Shown here piece after piece: positions 24,631-39,000 of a stretch of DNA of 64,000 bases (positions are counted from its first letter, which is position 1; the number at the start of each line of letters is the position of its first letter). Under the pieces are notes generated by a model. The model was not told where the DNA came from. It saw only the letters and a program-made list of their open reading frames with translations, and ran no database searches. Location: positions 992,001 to 1,056,000 of the forward strand of contig CM119382.1 in NCBI GenBank assembly GCA_051294905.1, written 5' to 3'. This DNA comes from Botryllus schlosseri (lineage: Eukaryota). The translations under genes were made by a program, and so were the position numbers.

Positions 24631-26862
24631 ACTACTGATGTTTCTTTCGAATGGAGTTTACAGCTCAGTCTTCCTATGTAAAAAACGCATTGATCATTCC
24701 TTTCTGATGATACCTTTCACATCCATTGTCATTCCTGAATTATGCGGTGGGGGTATTTATTTCGACGATCAGTTTTGTAATTGCCATCCACTGTTCCACG
24801 ATTATCGATGAGTGCCCCATCGTGCCGTCAGCTTGAGTTGGACGAAATAAAATTCCCAGCTTTTCCAAATTAGAATTATACCTACGCGTTTTTTTATACG
24901 GATTAGAATTACTGTATTCACAAAAACTTGAAACTCGAGTTAAATTCCTTATAGGAAAGAGATATACAACAAAAATCAAGTTCGATTCATATCTAAGCAG
25001 ACTTAATTCCCATAAGCACAAGCATTGCAAATGTCTATACGCTAAACTGGGATCGATTCACACAGCACAGTCATCTGGTAGCATTTACTGGAAAACTACA
25101 AGTTAGATTGGAATCAAAATGGGAGAATAGAAGCCTTTGACAGATTAGATTACTGGTATTTGGTTCTAATTAGGCAACTAAGATTATCTAGCGGTCCTCG
25201 TCTGCCCTCGCCCATCCCCAGGAAGCGCATAGCGCTAGACGATTCATCTTTATTTCTTTATTTCCTTGTTAGTTAATGCACAGTTATAACAAAAATACGC
25301 GGAAGAACATAAGGTAGCACGAATTTGCTCAAAAAAGAATTGTTGACAGAGAAAGCAAGAATACGAAGTCGAACACTCTCGTTTCGCAGCGAATATGGCG
25401 AACCCGGTCGCTCTACCGACCCCTCTGCATAATTGTGATACTTCATAAGTATCGTAGTTGCGATAGGAACAGGACGGAGCATAATGACAGCAAATGGCTT
25501 CAATCATCCCCATTTCAACCGATCATGCATAACTACGAATGAAATCGGAGACGCAATACTTCCCGAAACCCGAACTTTTTCAGACAGCAGCTGGCAAGAC
25601 GTTTCAGGGCAGTAACGAGCTACGCGCGGTTGTGACGTCACGAGAGACATATGTTCTAACACTCGCGAAGGAGCGTCCGGTGGACGGGAAATTGTTGACT
25701 AACAGAAAACAAGGGCCTCGTGAAAAATTTTGAAAAATAACTGCAAAGCGACATTGCGATATAATACTAAAAATGCATGGAATACGCGCGCTAATTGCCA
25801 TGGAAACAGCGGAAGAAGCAAGTTCAACGTCACTATAGTCAAATGTATAAAGAAATATTTAAAAAAGCGAAATATTTTCACATCAACATTGAACGATTTC
25901 TTTCCCTTATGCGGAAAAGTTTATTTACAGATAACTAACCTACGGATAGTCTGCCCGGCCAGGCACCCAAAGAAGACTAGAAATTGGGATTGTTGCAGAC
26001 AATCGGGGTCCCCCAATAGTTCATTGTCATCGTCATTGTAATGTATCTGAATGTCTGGAACAATGCCGATTTCGACTTTTAATGGGGGTAGTTCCCGGGT
26101 CCCTACAAGATTACGATTTATATTTTCGTTCAAGACCAATTTTATTTCCGGTCGTAACCTAGAATATTACCATATTTCATCGCTGTGGAATCAAACTAGA
26201 TTATGTCTATGTTACACACTTTGAGATGATTAACTTAATGTAAACTTTTTATTTACTTTCGGCGATATCTATGAATAACATTGAAACAATATGACAAGCA
26301 AAAACATGGCCAAGATACGGCCGTATTAAATGAAAGATTTTCATAAATTTAAAAAATGGATCGAAAAAATTGAAAAATGAACATAAACTACTTTGATTCC
26401 ACACCGAGGATTTGCTGTATCTTGGCCATATTCGAAGCAAGCCCGACATTTCATTGTTGCTCCAAAAAATAAATAAGTTACCGCATTATTCGTATTTCGT
26501 CTATCAGTACTGGAACTTAAAAAATAGGACCAGAAAGTGTTAAGAGTGATCAAATTAGTATATTATAAATGCCAGGCATTCTATATCACTCAAGCAGCGC
26601 TACATGAAAGTGGATTTTCTTCCCGACATGGACTTGACCATGTGGTGAATTGAAAGTGACTCAACTTGACTCGATTCATAACCTAATAAAGTGATATTGA
26701 CTTGTAACTAGGAACGTTATGATTTGGTTACAACCCTGTACTTTGGTTGTCTAAATGTCCAGTCGTGCAGTTCAGTGTTTCGCATCTATCCGTAAGTTAT
26801 TTATCTGTAGTTGATTGCAGTATAGCGCCCCGTATTGTTGATTCTTTTTGCGCGAGAAAACG

Positions 26863-27017
26863 TCACGCTCCGTTCAGATTTAACTGGTCGTACTGAGAAT
26901 GACTTGGTGTCGAAATAGAAAAGTTATTCGGCGTGTCCGCGCCTCCCGAGCTGTTATTGCGATAGAGTCGGTCGTAGGCGGATCTGGGAGCGTGCTGGTC
27001 GTTCCTCCCGAATGTTC
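26863..27017 (-). CDS. DCBLD-like terminal coding exon
   Basis: actacag acceptor, phase 1, ends in TGA; GTFGRNDQHAPRSAYDRLYRNNSSGGADTPNNFSISTPSHSQYDQLNLNGA*. Confidence 0.82.
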
Positions 27018-30000
27018 CTGTAGTAGAATGACGAGTATTTCATAACAGAATTTCGTGTCTGAATCAGTCAGCGTTAGGTCAAAAAATTGTTTACAAAGTC
27101 ATGCATTTGGCAATTCGTTTCTATCGCAGATGTTTGCACTGTGGGTGAACTTATCATTTGATATTTTACAGCTTGTAGCCTACTCTATAGGCCTACCGTT
27201 GTAGACGGCCCATTTTCTGCTCATTGCTAATCATAAACGGTCAAATGAAACAAATACATTTCTCCATTGTTTGCAAGCTACTTGGTAACGACAGACACTT
27301 TCTACCCGAGAATGTAGGAAAAGTATTTTTCGTTGTACTACAACAAATTTTAATTTTTTCTTCCCTAATGCGTGATGCAACTACTGGAAATCTTCATGGG
27401 TCCAGATTTCGTCAAAATAAAGTTTCTTCATGTAAAAATTTGTCTGTTTTTAAGTCAAAAAAGTTTTCCAGGCCAAACTACTTCGTGAGGACAGACAGTT
27501 CCAACCAGAAATGGAGATAAGTAGTACAATTATAACATTATCTGCCAAAAAACCTAATTTACATACACGAGGGAAAAATTTTGTCAAATTAGGTTTTTTT
27601 AAAGGCCTAAAAATGTCAAAATTTTGATTTTTTAGTTCAAAATCTTCTGTTTTTCGGCAAAAAAATCACTTTAGTCATGAACGTCATTCGGATTCCGACT
27701 GGATTTTGCACAATTTTTTGTCAGTAGGATCGGATTCCAATTCTCTATAAAATTTTGTTACGGATCTTCTCCAGATAGTTGTAACTTATATTTCGGATAT
27801 TTGTGGACAGTTCTGGCCTTAAGTGAATTTTGATTACAAGCCAGAAGGAAAATTTCTCAACTCGATAACTAAACACGGACAGCCAACAACTTTTGATAGC
27901 ACTGGTAGCACTGTAAAGTTGCTCTGTCAAGGGTCCGAGAAAATATAAATCAGCTAACCCTATCCATAGCTTTTGTAAAGCATATGGTCTGACTGTATCT
28001 TCGCATAGCTGTAGAATTGGGATTCCTCGAAAAAGTTATTCAAGGATTCTCAGACATCAATTCGTACTGGTGAATCCTATGTATATTTTGGTAGACCCTA
28101 GGGCGGTTGAAGAGTACTGCTTTAAATAATTAATAGATAAATTATGTTCAAAATAAATAAAACCTCTTGTAGACTCACCGATTGCAGAGTCGCCACCGTC
28201 AGGCGAAGCCTTTGCTTTAATCGGAAGCGCCGGAACCTCGTCCATTACCGGACGCGGAACCTTATAAGAAGGCGGCCTTCTGATCACGCCCACCTCATTC
28301 TGCTCGGGTATACTCTCCCGGCCGTACATCGCGTGATTCAACGCCATAGGAGCGCCGTCCGCGCCCGGCACCGAGGAATAATAAGGGTCGCTATGCTGCT
28401 GCTGAAAAGGGGGGTAGGAATGCGACGAATTGTTTGACGAGGAAGAATGTCTCTGCATTCGGGAGGGGGATTGCGAATTGCCCCTTCTTAAGTTCGCGGC
28501 GCGAAAAGGCGCTTCCCCCGCGGAATATCGCGCTTCGTGCGAAAAAGTATGGTTGCGATTGAGGTTGTTCGGGGGTTGAAAAGTCCCGTTTTGTTTCGGA
28601 CCGGGCAAAAAACTGGACATCGGCGGACGCCCGTTCATACCCTGGCCTTGTATTTGAAAAGCGGGCGCGTTGCCCCCGTCGATGCCCCACATTCGCTGCA
28701 TCGTGTCTGATTTTCGGCTTCGGTTTCCCAAGCTCGAACCGGTGGAAGCCTTCGACGAACCGCGTTCGATGTTGGCGGCGACTCGCTCGTCGTCGATGGT
28801 GTGGTACTCGTGGTCGTCTTCTTCTGAGGATACAGAAAGCTCGCGTCAGACTGGTGTGGATACTTATCTAGTTGGTTGACGGACATCTGATTACTGTTCT
28901 TTGAGTAATTATAGTGATATTTGTAGTTGCTAGTTTTGAAAAGGGAGTAGTTCTAGTTCTAGTTGCGCATTCAAAACAAAAATACATTGCCAAACAACTA
29001 TGAAACACGTGTCGTTGTTTGACGTGAATCGTGACATCTGTGTTCTGTTGTGTGATGTTCTTGCAGACATTGCTAGCTTAGAGTCATCACTACCAACAGT
29101 GACGTAGCCAGGGTGTGGATTTTGGGGGTCAAAACCTTTCCCGTTTGAATCTCAAAACCCCTTCCTTTTTAATTGCCAATTCTATCTCCAATCTGTCTTG
29201 GCTCGTTTGCAATTCAGTGATTAGTATGATCACTGATCAGTTATTAGTTAGTTGTGTTTTAGTTAGGTAGTTGCCGATTTTTAGATGTCGCTAGTTCTAG
29301 TTCTAGTTCTAGTTTTGAAAACCCGATAGTTTGTACAAATCTGGCAAGAGTGTATTCATGACGTAACAACGGAAGTGGCTTCACCTGAGAAACTGTCTTC
29401 GTTCGCGGAATGGAAAGACCCCTTTTGCGGCAGCAGGCCGTTTTGCATCGCCACCACGGGTTCTGATGTCACGCCCGGCGGTAATGCTGAAAGTACATCG
29501 AAATTATGGGACGAAAAGCAGGATTTTAAGATCCCGCCCATAAAATGTAATTCTAGTTTCCGTGAGTGGAAATAGTTGTATTCGCCAATTTCAGGTTTAA
29601 ACGCCAAATACATGGATGTTAAATAGGTGTATTCATCATATTCCCACTACAGTGTGAAATTTTTCGTTTACAAGGGTAGGGAATGGGTGTGTTCATCATA
29701 AATCCACCCTAGGGTGAAATTTCTAGTTTTATTGGTCTGTAAACAGGTGTATTCGTAATATTTCCACCACAAAGTGAAATTTGTTGCTGCCGTGGGTGGA
29801 AAATAAGCATCTTCCAGCCGATTTGCAACATACGGTGGAAATTGTTGCTATGATACATGGGTGGAAGGCGGGTGTGTTTTCAGATTCCCACCACAGCATG
29901 GCGTGTAAATCACGTAAACGCCACTTTCAGGTGGAAGCGTGAAGTTCAGAACCATCACACTCCTGCGATAAATCTCCATTCCAATTGGTGGTGTACTGTA

Positions 30001-33000
30001 TTTGACTGATTTTCATCCCTTGGAAGGGCATCAAGGCACACTGAAAGTGCGTTTTTTATTATTTACACCCCACAATATCATGGAAATATGACGAACACAC
30101 CTATTTGGTGGAAAATGTCTCCATACGAATTGGTGTTTTATACTCATTTCCATCCCTTGGAAGGGCGTGAAAACGATTTTGCTTGAGAAAGCGGCGTTTG
30201 CCCGATTTAAATCCTACGAAAGGGTGAAAATCGGCGATTTTAGTCACGATTTTAGTGCACAGTGTACGGTAAAACTCACCCGGTAGAAGCGTGTCTTTGT
30301 AATCCGCGTTCTGAAAATGGTCGGGAACCATCGGTCGGTTCCGTTTTCGACTTTTCTTGTTCTTGTACTGGACTGAAAATCAGACAAAATTATAATTTCT
30401 AGCCGTCAAAAAACATCTGAAATGCAAACACTCACATCCGATGTTGTTGTTATCCGGAATGATCTGCAGAGGCGTGTCCGGTTGGTCTTTTTTCCTGCAA
30501 AAGACGGGGCTTTGAAAGGGCGCGCTGCACAATTGTACGAACGACTGGATTTTCAAAACGCACAACTAGAACTATACTCGCTTTTAAAAATACGCAACAA
30601 AACCGCAACTTATTACTTTTTTAAATCCGCAACTGGAACTGTAACTAGGCCCTACTCACTTCGTAAAAAGCGCAACTAAAACTAAAGCAAGAGCTACTCT
30701 ATTTTTAAAGTGCGCAACGAGATCTAGAACTTGAACTACTCACTTTTCTAAATGCGATACTAGAACTAGCAGTGCTAAAAACAGTATTTAGTTAACCGTC
30801 AATCAACTGGATTGGTAGTTTATACAAGTCAGTAGCGCCAACTGGCGGGTTACTCACCGTTTCTTGACTAGAAACAAAACCAACGCGGCCAGGAGAATTG
30901 AAGTCACGGAAAGGGCGGCCACAATGGCGATGATCAGGATGCTGTTTTCTAAAATACAACAGCCCGCGTCAGGTCTCCGTATCATTGCTAGGTACCCAAT
31001 TACAGAGATGGTTCACGAGAAAATGTGCAGCTCTTCCAAATTAGATTACTATTAGAATATAATTGATAAACAACGTGTTTTTAATTCCCTACTGGTTGCC
31101 AACGAGTGTCAGCCGAGAATATTTTGGATTATTTTAACAAGAATATATTATTCAAATGCAAAATAAGAATTATAACTACAAAGTTGTTTTTCTTGGAAAT
31201 TATACATCAGAATTATTATTATTGAATTAGCAAAAGCTTTGAAATTGGTTTTAATCCGTCTTTAGAAACGAATACACCAATAACGAAGTCCAGTTCATAT
31301 CAAATCAGACTTGATTGTCAGAAGCATGAGAGTGGCAAACTCTCTGAAATAGAATCATAAAAGAGTCTTCGGCAAACCGCGCGAATTCTGTCGTAGACGA
31401 AATGAATGCCCGGGGTGTCGCGTGATCAAATCCTTTCTTAGAACGGAAAGGATTAGTAATTGACCTCTTCGAATTTTCATGTTTTAATGAATGCTTTCGC
31501 CCGGAATACTGTTAAATAAGAAGGCTGCTTCCGAGAGACTTGGCTCGCGTCCTACGGAATAATGAGAGTCGCACGGCTGCACGGCAGAGTTGAGTGGCTG
31601 GAAAATTTTCTGCATTTCCAAGTTACATCAGAATTACGAATTACACATTTTTCCGAAATTAGATTATAATTATGACTATGACTGCACAGATTTTACGAAT
31701 ACGAATTGTACCTGCACAATAGTTTCTAAATTAGATTTTCCAAATTAGATTAGAATTAGAATCATAGCTGAACAGTATTTTATTTAAAATTAGATTAGAA
31801 TTAGGATTATAGCCGGACAATAATTTATTCCAAATTAGGTTAGAATACGAATTGTAACTTGACAACTTTTTGTAAATTATATTAGAATTACGATAATAGC
31901 TATACATTTTTTCGAAATTAGATTAAAGTTAGAACTACAACTGCACAGATTTCTATTCCAAATTAGATTAGCATTACAATTCGCAAACGAGATACAATAA
32001 AAATCAAAAATTTCACAAATTAGATGATAATTACATTCCCGGTATTTCTCTGCGATTCATGTAATTTGAAAGCTAAAAATGTTTGGTTGTCCAAGTCTGC
32101 CACAGACAACGTAAAAAAGTCACGTTTATCCGAAGCGTGAAACGCAGCGAACAGTGTAAATTCCTCGACCATCAGAGCCGAACAAATCTCCGAAAGCAGC
32201 TCCAACTTTTCTGGTAATACGGCGCGAGTTACGCGATTAGGGGCCAGTCGACGGCGACACAGTATCGCATCACGCGCATTGAACAGTAACATACTGAGAA
32301 ACTAAGGCACGCACATTTTTTGCGACTACAAAGAATAATACACAGTCGAATGATGCATTGATATCGAAATAAACCATTCACATTTGCTGATACAGTGATC
32401 GATATACAACGATCTTTCAAATTCTCTAATGGTTGCTGGAGATTGCCCCGCCTTTCAACCTCATTTCAATATGAATATAGTATTCAACTGTATATTGATT
32501 GAATTTGTGTAGCTACAAGAGTTCTACACTGCGCGAAGATGTTTTGGCAATTGATTTTAATTTGTGACAATGCTGTGGGTTGATCAAGACTTTCCTGATA
32601 TGCTAGGGTCGCCGTATTTTGGAATCCGTGAAACATTTTAACAAATCATAAAAGTCAGATTGCCGGACTACAAAATTGCTGATTCTAAAATCTGTACCGG
32701 AAATCTTGCTGTGTTGACTAAATATCAAAATAAAAAATGGTCATCTTTCCGACTCTACTCCCGAATTACCCACTTTTTAACGATACTATTGTAGTGTTGA
32801 CCAAAAAAATACATTTTTACAGTCCTACTCCCGAATGACCTACTGGAACGTCCGCATTACAGATTCCGCGTCATTTATGGTGGTATTTTTAGTTCGGCCT
32901 GGCCATCACCCTGGCTGTCAAAGCTATAAAGGAGGACGGACGGGGCCTACGATACTACTTAAGTATCGTAGGCCCCGGGACGTATTTATAAAAAGGAGCA

Positions 33001-36000
33001 AATTTAGGCGTCCTCGGGGGTCATTTTAGATTTCCACGAAAAAGGAGGGCATATAGTAACTCTGCGATATGACGTTTCCACTAACATTTGTAGCTTTGCA
33101 CTACACTTCTCGTATGAGGCTTCAAGGCTTCCAGAGTGGAAAATAGCATTAAAATATAGTTCTAGTTGATAAATGACCTTTAAGTACGGCAAGGAACGTA
33201 TCATTCCAATATGAGAAAAAAACATCTCTCATTGATCGGATCGCGTCGTTAGAATGCACGATTCGGATTCGAAACACCCAAATCATTGTTCCCATACACA
33301 CGAGTTATCACGACGNNNNNNNNNNNNNNNNNNNNNNNNNNNNNNNNNNNNNNNNNNNNNNNNNNNNNNNNNNNNNNNNNNNNNNNNNNNNNNNNNNNNN
33401 NNNNNNNNNNNNNNNNNNNNNNNNNNNNNNNNNNNNNNNNNNNNNNNNNNNNNNNCACCTCCTATTCCGCCTTCCGACTCGGTCTGAAATGAGGATGACA
33501 GGTTTTACTGCGCTGAAAAGGACACACTGTAACGTCACACACTCACCTTGGGCGGGTTCGTCTTTTTCGGGAGTTCGATCGAAGTCGGGACTCCGGCTGA
33601 ACAAAAAGAGGCGTTCAGTAACGAAGCACTTTTGCTTTCTCATAGTACTCAAGTAGGTTATGTCTACTTGCGTTACCTACTCAAGGGATTTAAGGCTAAA
33701 CTAGGCCTGGAACACTCCTGCTTTCAGACTACTAAAGTTGGTTTAGCCTACTTAAACTACTTGCTCATATGATTATTAGAGTATTTTCAATAACAGCTTT
33801 CAGTTTTTTACCAAAAAGTGGGCCTGGAATATCAATTTTGTTACTTCCATCGAAAAATCGTAACATATGCTTGCAATCGAGCGCCACTTCTACTTCTACA
33901 AATAATCTTCAGATTTTTAGACGAAACTAGGCTTAGAACACTTACTTTTTTAAGAAATAGCTAATTCTTACTTCTACCCACAGTATTCAGTTTTTAGCCA
34001 AAACTAGGCCTGGAACACTTGATTTTTTACTTATTCGAAAATCTCTATTTCTGCTAATCGAGCATAAATTTACAACGATAGTTGTACGGAACAGTTTTTT
34101 AGCGACAACTACTAAATTCTTGGACTTAAAATCGAAAGTAGTTTAGAGGTGTGGCTGCATCAGTTTTACGAGTGAAATTGTTATCACAACTGAGAAACAG
34201 TAACCCCTGTGTCACTGCAATTGAATTTATTCATCAAGATCGCGCCTAATTGAAATGTGATAAGATCAATTTGCGTTGTCCGAGAATCTTGCAGTTTCAA
34301 TAGTAGTTCACTCTTCCTTGATAAACTTAAACTTCTTGAGTACTTTTAAGAACGTTCATATTCTTCTACCATTGGGATTAGTTTTGGCATGTCTTGTATA
34401 ATGGTACCTCTACGTTTGAGTACAAACGCCGACTAATTTGACCAATTCTACAGTCGCTTTGACCATATACTCGTAACTTGTTGAACTCACCTGGCGGTGG
34501 GCCGGTGCTGCTTAACGCAACCATCGTGAGAGGTACGGTCAGATCGCCCGGGCGTTCGATATCTGATGAAAGGAAAGGATTGATTCGAGTTAGAATGGTA
34601 CCTACGTAGTTTTTTTCAATTTCAAATTAGATTAGAATGATAAAGGTATCTACAGTTTTTTTTCACATAACTAGAAAATTATAATGTAAACTACAGTTTC
34701 TTTTTTCAAATTACATTAGACTTAGAATTTCAGCCAGTTATTTTTTCAAATTACACCAGAATAAGAGTGTAGCAGTTTTTGATTCCGGATTACATTAGAA
34801 TATGAAATTTGGCTAAAGTTATGTTTCCAAATAAGATTAGATTTAGAATTTTACCTACACATTGCATTAGAAATAGAATTTCAACTACACACCATTTTTC
34901 CAAATCACACTATATTTTAGCTTCACTTTTTGCCAATTTAGATTAGAATTAGAACAATATATGTATTTTGTCAAATTACATTAAAATTAGAATATTAGCT
35001 ACAGTTATTATTTTAAAAATTAGATAAGAATCAGAATTATTGGATTCACTTCGGAAGTTGAAAGAAATACACCAAAATCAACTCCATATCGTATCAGAGT
35101 TCATTCTGATAAGCACGACAACAGCAAAGGTCAAGTCTGGACGTGAGGGGTAAAGATCTTACCGCATCCGAACAGGGCGACTTGAAGGCTGTACCGGAGC
35201 TTCTTTGAGCTCACCGGAGTCGGATAAATCCGGATAAATCTGGCGGCGATCCGCGGCCGGATGAAGTTGTTGGTCATGTTCATGAAGATGTTTTTATTCC
35301 CGGGAAAGATCTGTTGACGAGAATTTGATATCAACATGACATACCCGCGGCCAGGATGCGAAAGGGGCTATCCCCCGTCATCTACAAATTCTTCGTCAAA
35401 TTCCTAAATACACACAAAGAAGTGTATTTTTGCAGACTTATTCACTGTTCAATGTCCGTTTTATTTCTTATCACTCCTTCAAATTTTGTGGTAAATTTTC
35501 TCAAACTTTGTAAATTTTATTATCATTCCCGACCGCCCCCAAAGCCTTCCGTAGTTTCCATCTCTTACATGAACTAAAGCATTTTTGACAGATTCATTCA
35601 ACTTGAAATTTTTCTTAATGCCATTTAGTGTTTAATGTATTCAATTGTTGATGTTAATATTTCACCCCAAAAAGTTTTCGTAAATCTTGCTACATTTACA
35701 CAGCGCAGAGTAATTTTTGAAAGATACCTCAACCATAAATTTTGCTAAATTTACACAACGTAGAGTATTTTTGGAAGATATCTTACCTTTAAACTTTTCT
35801 TAAATTTAGGAACGACGGAGCATCTTTGGTACATATATTCAAGCTGAGCTTTTCATTAGCAAGTCTCACGATTTAGTGTCACTATAAAGTTGTCGATCTC
35901 AATAGCCCCTCCCAATTTTTCTTAAATCTTCATGCATATACAAATTCACATAAACTAGAGAATTTCTCGGCTATTTTGTGTCGCTGTAGAATTATTGATT

Positions 36001-39000
36001 CTCACCTTGTCGTGAGAAACGCCCTCTTCCCTGTAGAATGTCCATTCCGAAGTCGCGTTGCCCGATAGTCTGTACGCTATCCTGTACGATTTGGTCGTGA
36101 AAAACCGGTCAGACGATCCGTGAGTCATGATGCCTGCAATGGAACCAGATGTATTCGGAACCGGTTCGGGACTATACCAACTCCTGATTAGAGCCCGGCC
36201 GATATCAGATCTGTGAGCCGATACCGATTAAACGGGTAACTAGCATTTTAACCGACAGTCCCGACATATTCAGCCGACATCAAAAACATGGCATCTTGCA
36301 TAAGGTGCATTTCCAGAACATCGGAGCATATATTTGGACAGCTTTGCATCCATTATTATGCTTGGATACAGAAAAAACTAGAAAGTCTACATCAGTGGTT
36401 CCCAACCTTTTTCGACTCATCGCCCCCTTTTCAAACTCCAGACCGATCATCGCCCCCCAAATATTGGGAACCGAAAAATGGGCATACAGACTGAAATCAC
36501 CGGCGAGTTGACTAAGAAAAAAGGTCAACTTTTCGGCTCGACCTCGAAATTACACTTTTCCAGCTAAATTTTGGTGAGTTGACTAACAAAATAGGTGATT
36601 TCTCCGACTTGATTCCAAAAGGACCGTAACAGCACTTCGTCAGCTCCCACCGCAATACGTTGGTCTTGACCCTCCTCCATAGGGCGATAAAGAAAACTTC
36701 TGCAACCCTCGGACCCAACTCCCTCGATACCTCTGTACCGCTACTTCTCAGCACAAATTTTCGGACTCTTTAGTTTGTCGGCTTAATTCGCGCGAAGCGC
36801 GAAAAATTTCTATCAGTCATGATTGAATCGGTTAATATGATCGGGAATTGCATATATATTGCTAACAATTTTTTATCCTCTCTTTGCTCATGTATTCAGA
36901 TTTACCGGTATAGCTGAGTGAGGTGTCTTGGAAAATGTAGGCCCGTAAATAATAATTGAACATATTCGGGCGGACTCGTGGGTATAATGACTTCGTTACG
37001 TAATGACATTTCGTGGTCTGTCTGCTATGTCAAAAGATATTCAAATCGCCCATACGTACTAAACTAAAAGACGCACACGATTTCAAATTGGTATTTCTGC
37101 ACTGGCAATTAATTTTCTCTGCGAGATGGCATTTTTTGCGGGGTGTTGATTGCCAGGACAGAAACATTTGGCGCCAGCCGTTTAGGCGCCCATGGACAAT
37201 TAAATATATATGTTTTGTTTATATATAGTATATATATCGAAGTCGGTCAGTATAAAGGCAGTCCTTTTCCGCCAAGGTTTTCTCATTCTGGCACACTTCT
37301 CGGAGTCGCATGTTACACGGCCTGAAACTTTATATGCCTTGGTGCGATAATGGCTGACGCCGAGATGCCCATTTCTATAACTCATGCGTATTATTTCTTG
37401 GAGGAAGGGTGACCAATAAGCAATAAATATGTGACCACGAAATGGCGCGCAGCGCGAAATTTTTTGGAAAAAGTTGCCTTGATTTCCAAAATAATACTTT
37501 ATAATTTAATTAATGTTAATTCACGAAAAAACTGTGGGCCCTCCATCCCAATTGAGGGTTTGGGTGTGGCAGTTATGGCCATGAACGCCAATATAGCCAT
37601 TTCAACGCGCAATCGCCCCCCTATCGCCCCCTTCGTCCATTTTCGCCCCCCTATCGCCCCCTTGGCTATTTTCGCCCCCCTGGACCGACAAATCGCCCCC
37701 TGGGGGGCGATATCGCCCACGTTGGGAACCACTGGTCTACATCTATACACCTCTAAGAAGAGATTGCAAGTAACGAAGTACTTCTGCCTTTTCAAAGTTA
37801 TAAGAAATAGATCAATATTCCCAGTCTATCCGAACCGATAAATCAGCCGGGGTGCATACTACAAACGCAAATCGTGTATTTCCATTGATTTTCACCCTAC
37901 TTCAAAGTGTATTTGAGGTAAACGTCACTTATCAGGTACTACATTAGGCTTTCACACCCTTCCAGTGGGTAAAAATGGGTCAAATATACCCGTGCTTATG
38001 CATGATATATATATTACGAGCTGCACAAGTACACAGAACCCACTACACCCCTACGATATATCTACATAGGGATTGGTGTGTTTGATTCAATTCCGCCCAT
38101 TGGACGGGTGTGAAAGCACACTCTTTAGTTCCTGGATGATGAGGCGTTTACCTAATCTACACTTTAAGCTGTGGTGTCAATCTGATAAACACACTTATTT
38201 TCTACAAGTGTATTTAAAGGGTACCTGTGAGGTTCTTGGACTCGCCTAGGTCGATTTCCAGCCATTGCATCGCGGTGGGGTCGTTTGGACTCCAAGCCTC
38301 GATCTGCTCGCCGAATATCGCGTTTTCTGGCTTCCATCTTCTGTTCAAGAAAAGGAATTGGTGATCCAAATCACACATAGGTCAGACTTGTACAAACTAC
38401 TGGATTATCAAAATGTGCAACGTGAACTAGAACTACTCACTTTTTAAAACTAGCAACTAGAATTAGAACTAGAACTAGAACTGAAGGTACTCACTTTTCA
38501 AAACGCGCAACTAGAGCTAGAATAGGGTTACCATACGTCCTCTTTTAAGAGGATTTGTCCTCTTTTTTGATTTTTTTGAAAGTGTCCTCAGGCCCAAATT
38601 TCCTCTTTTTTGAGATTTTGTCCTCTTTTTTGAGAATTTTGTTTAAATATAGAGTAAAATTGGAGCGAGATACAGTAAATCAGCACTGAACTAACGCTCC
38701 GGTGGCTATTTCTTGAGCTGGGCCGGAAAGTTGACATTTTCCTCCGGTATTGCAAGTCTGAAAATTTTGAAAAAGTGTCCTCTTTTCAGATTTCCAAAAT
38801 ATGGTAACCCTAAACTAGAACTACTCACCTTTTAAACTCGCAACTGGAATTAGAACTAGAACTAGAACCGCAACTACTCAGTACTCAGTTTTTAAAATGC
38901 GAATCTACAACAGGAACAAGAAATACTGAATTTTCAAAATCAGCAACCAGAACTACAACTGAAACTACTCACTTTTTAAAATGTGAAACTAAAACTCGTC

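Noticed and set aside
25250-25560. Cys-rich ORF GMIEAICCHYAPSC... and upstream CVSDFIR resembling relaxin A and B chains
   Set aside because: Cys spacing is not CC-x3-C-x8-C, the B-like part has a stop and no second Cys, and there is no signal peptide
27745-27930. ORF EQLYSATSAIK... as terminal exon
   Set aside because: Weaker acceptor and AT-rich, non-protein-like tail; 26863-27017 fits better
30280-30372. Alternative open frame PVQEQEKSK... joined directly to the TM exon
   Set aside because: It would put the 645-nt exon out of its EYHTI frame; the 59-nt exon at 30436 resolves the phase
32841-32900. Possible juxtamembrane exon RRTKNTTINDAES for the DCBLD-like gene
   Set aside because: Poor acceptor; the true TM and juxtamembrane exons lie at 30858-30948 and 30436-30494
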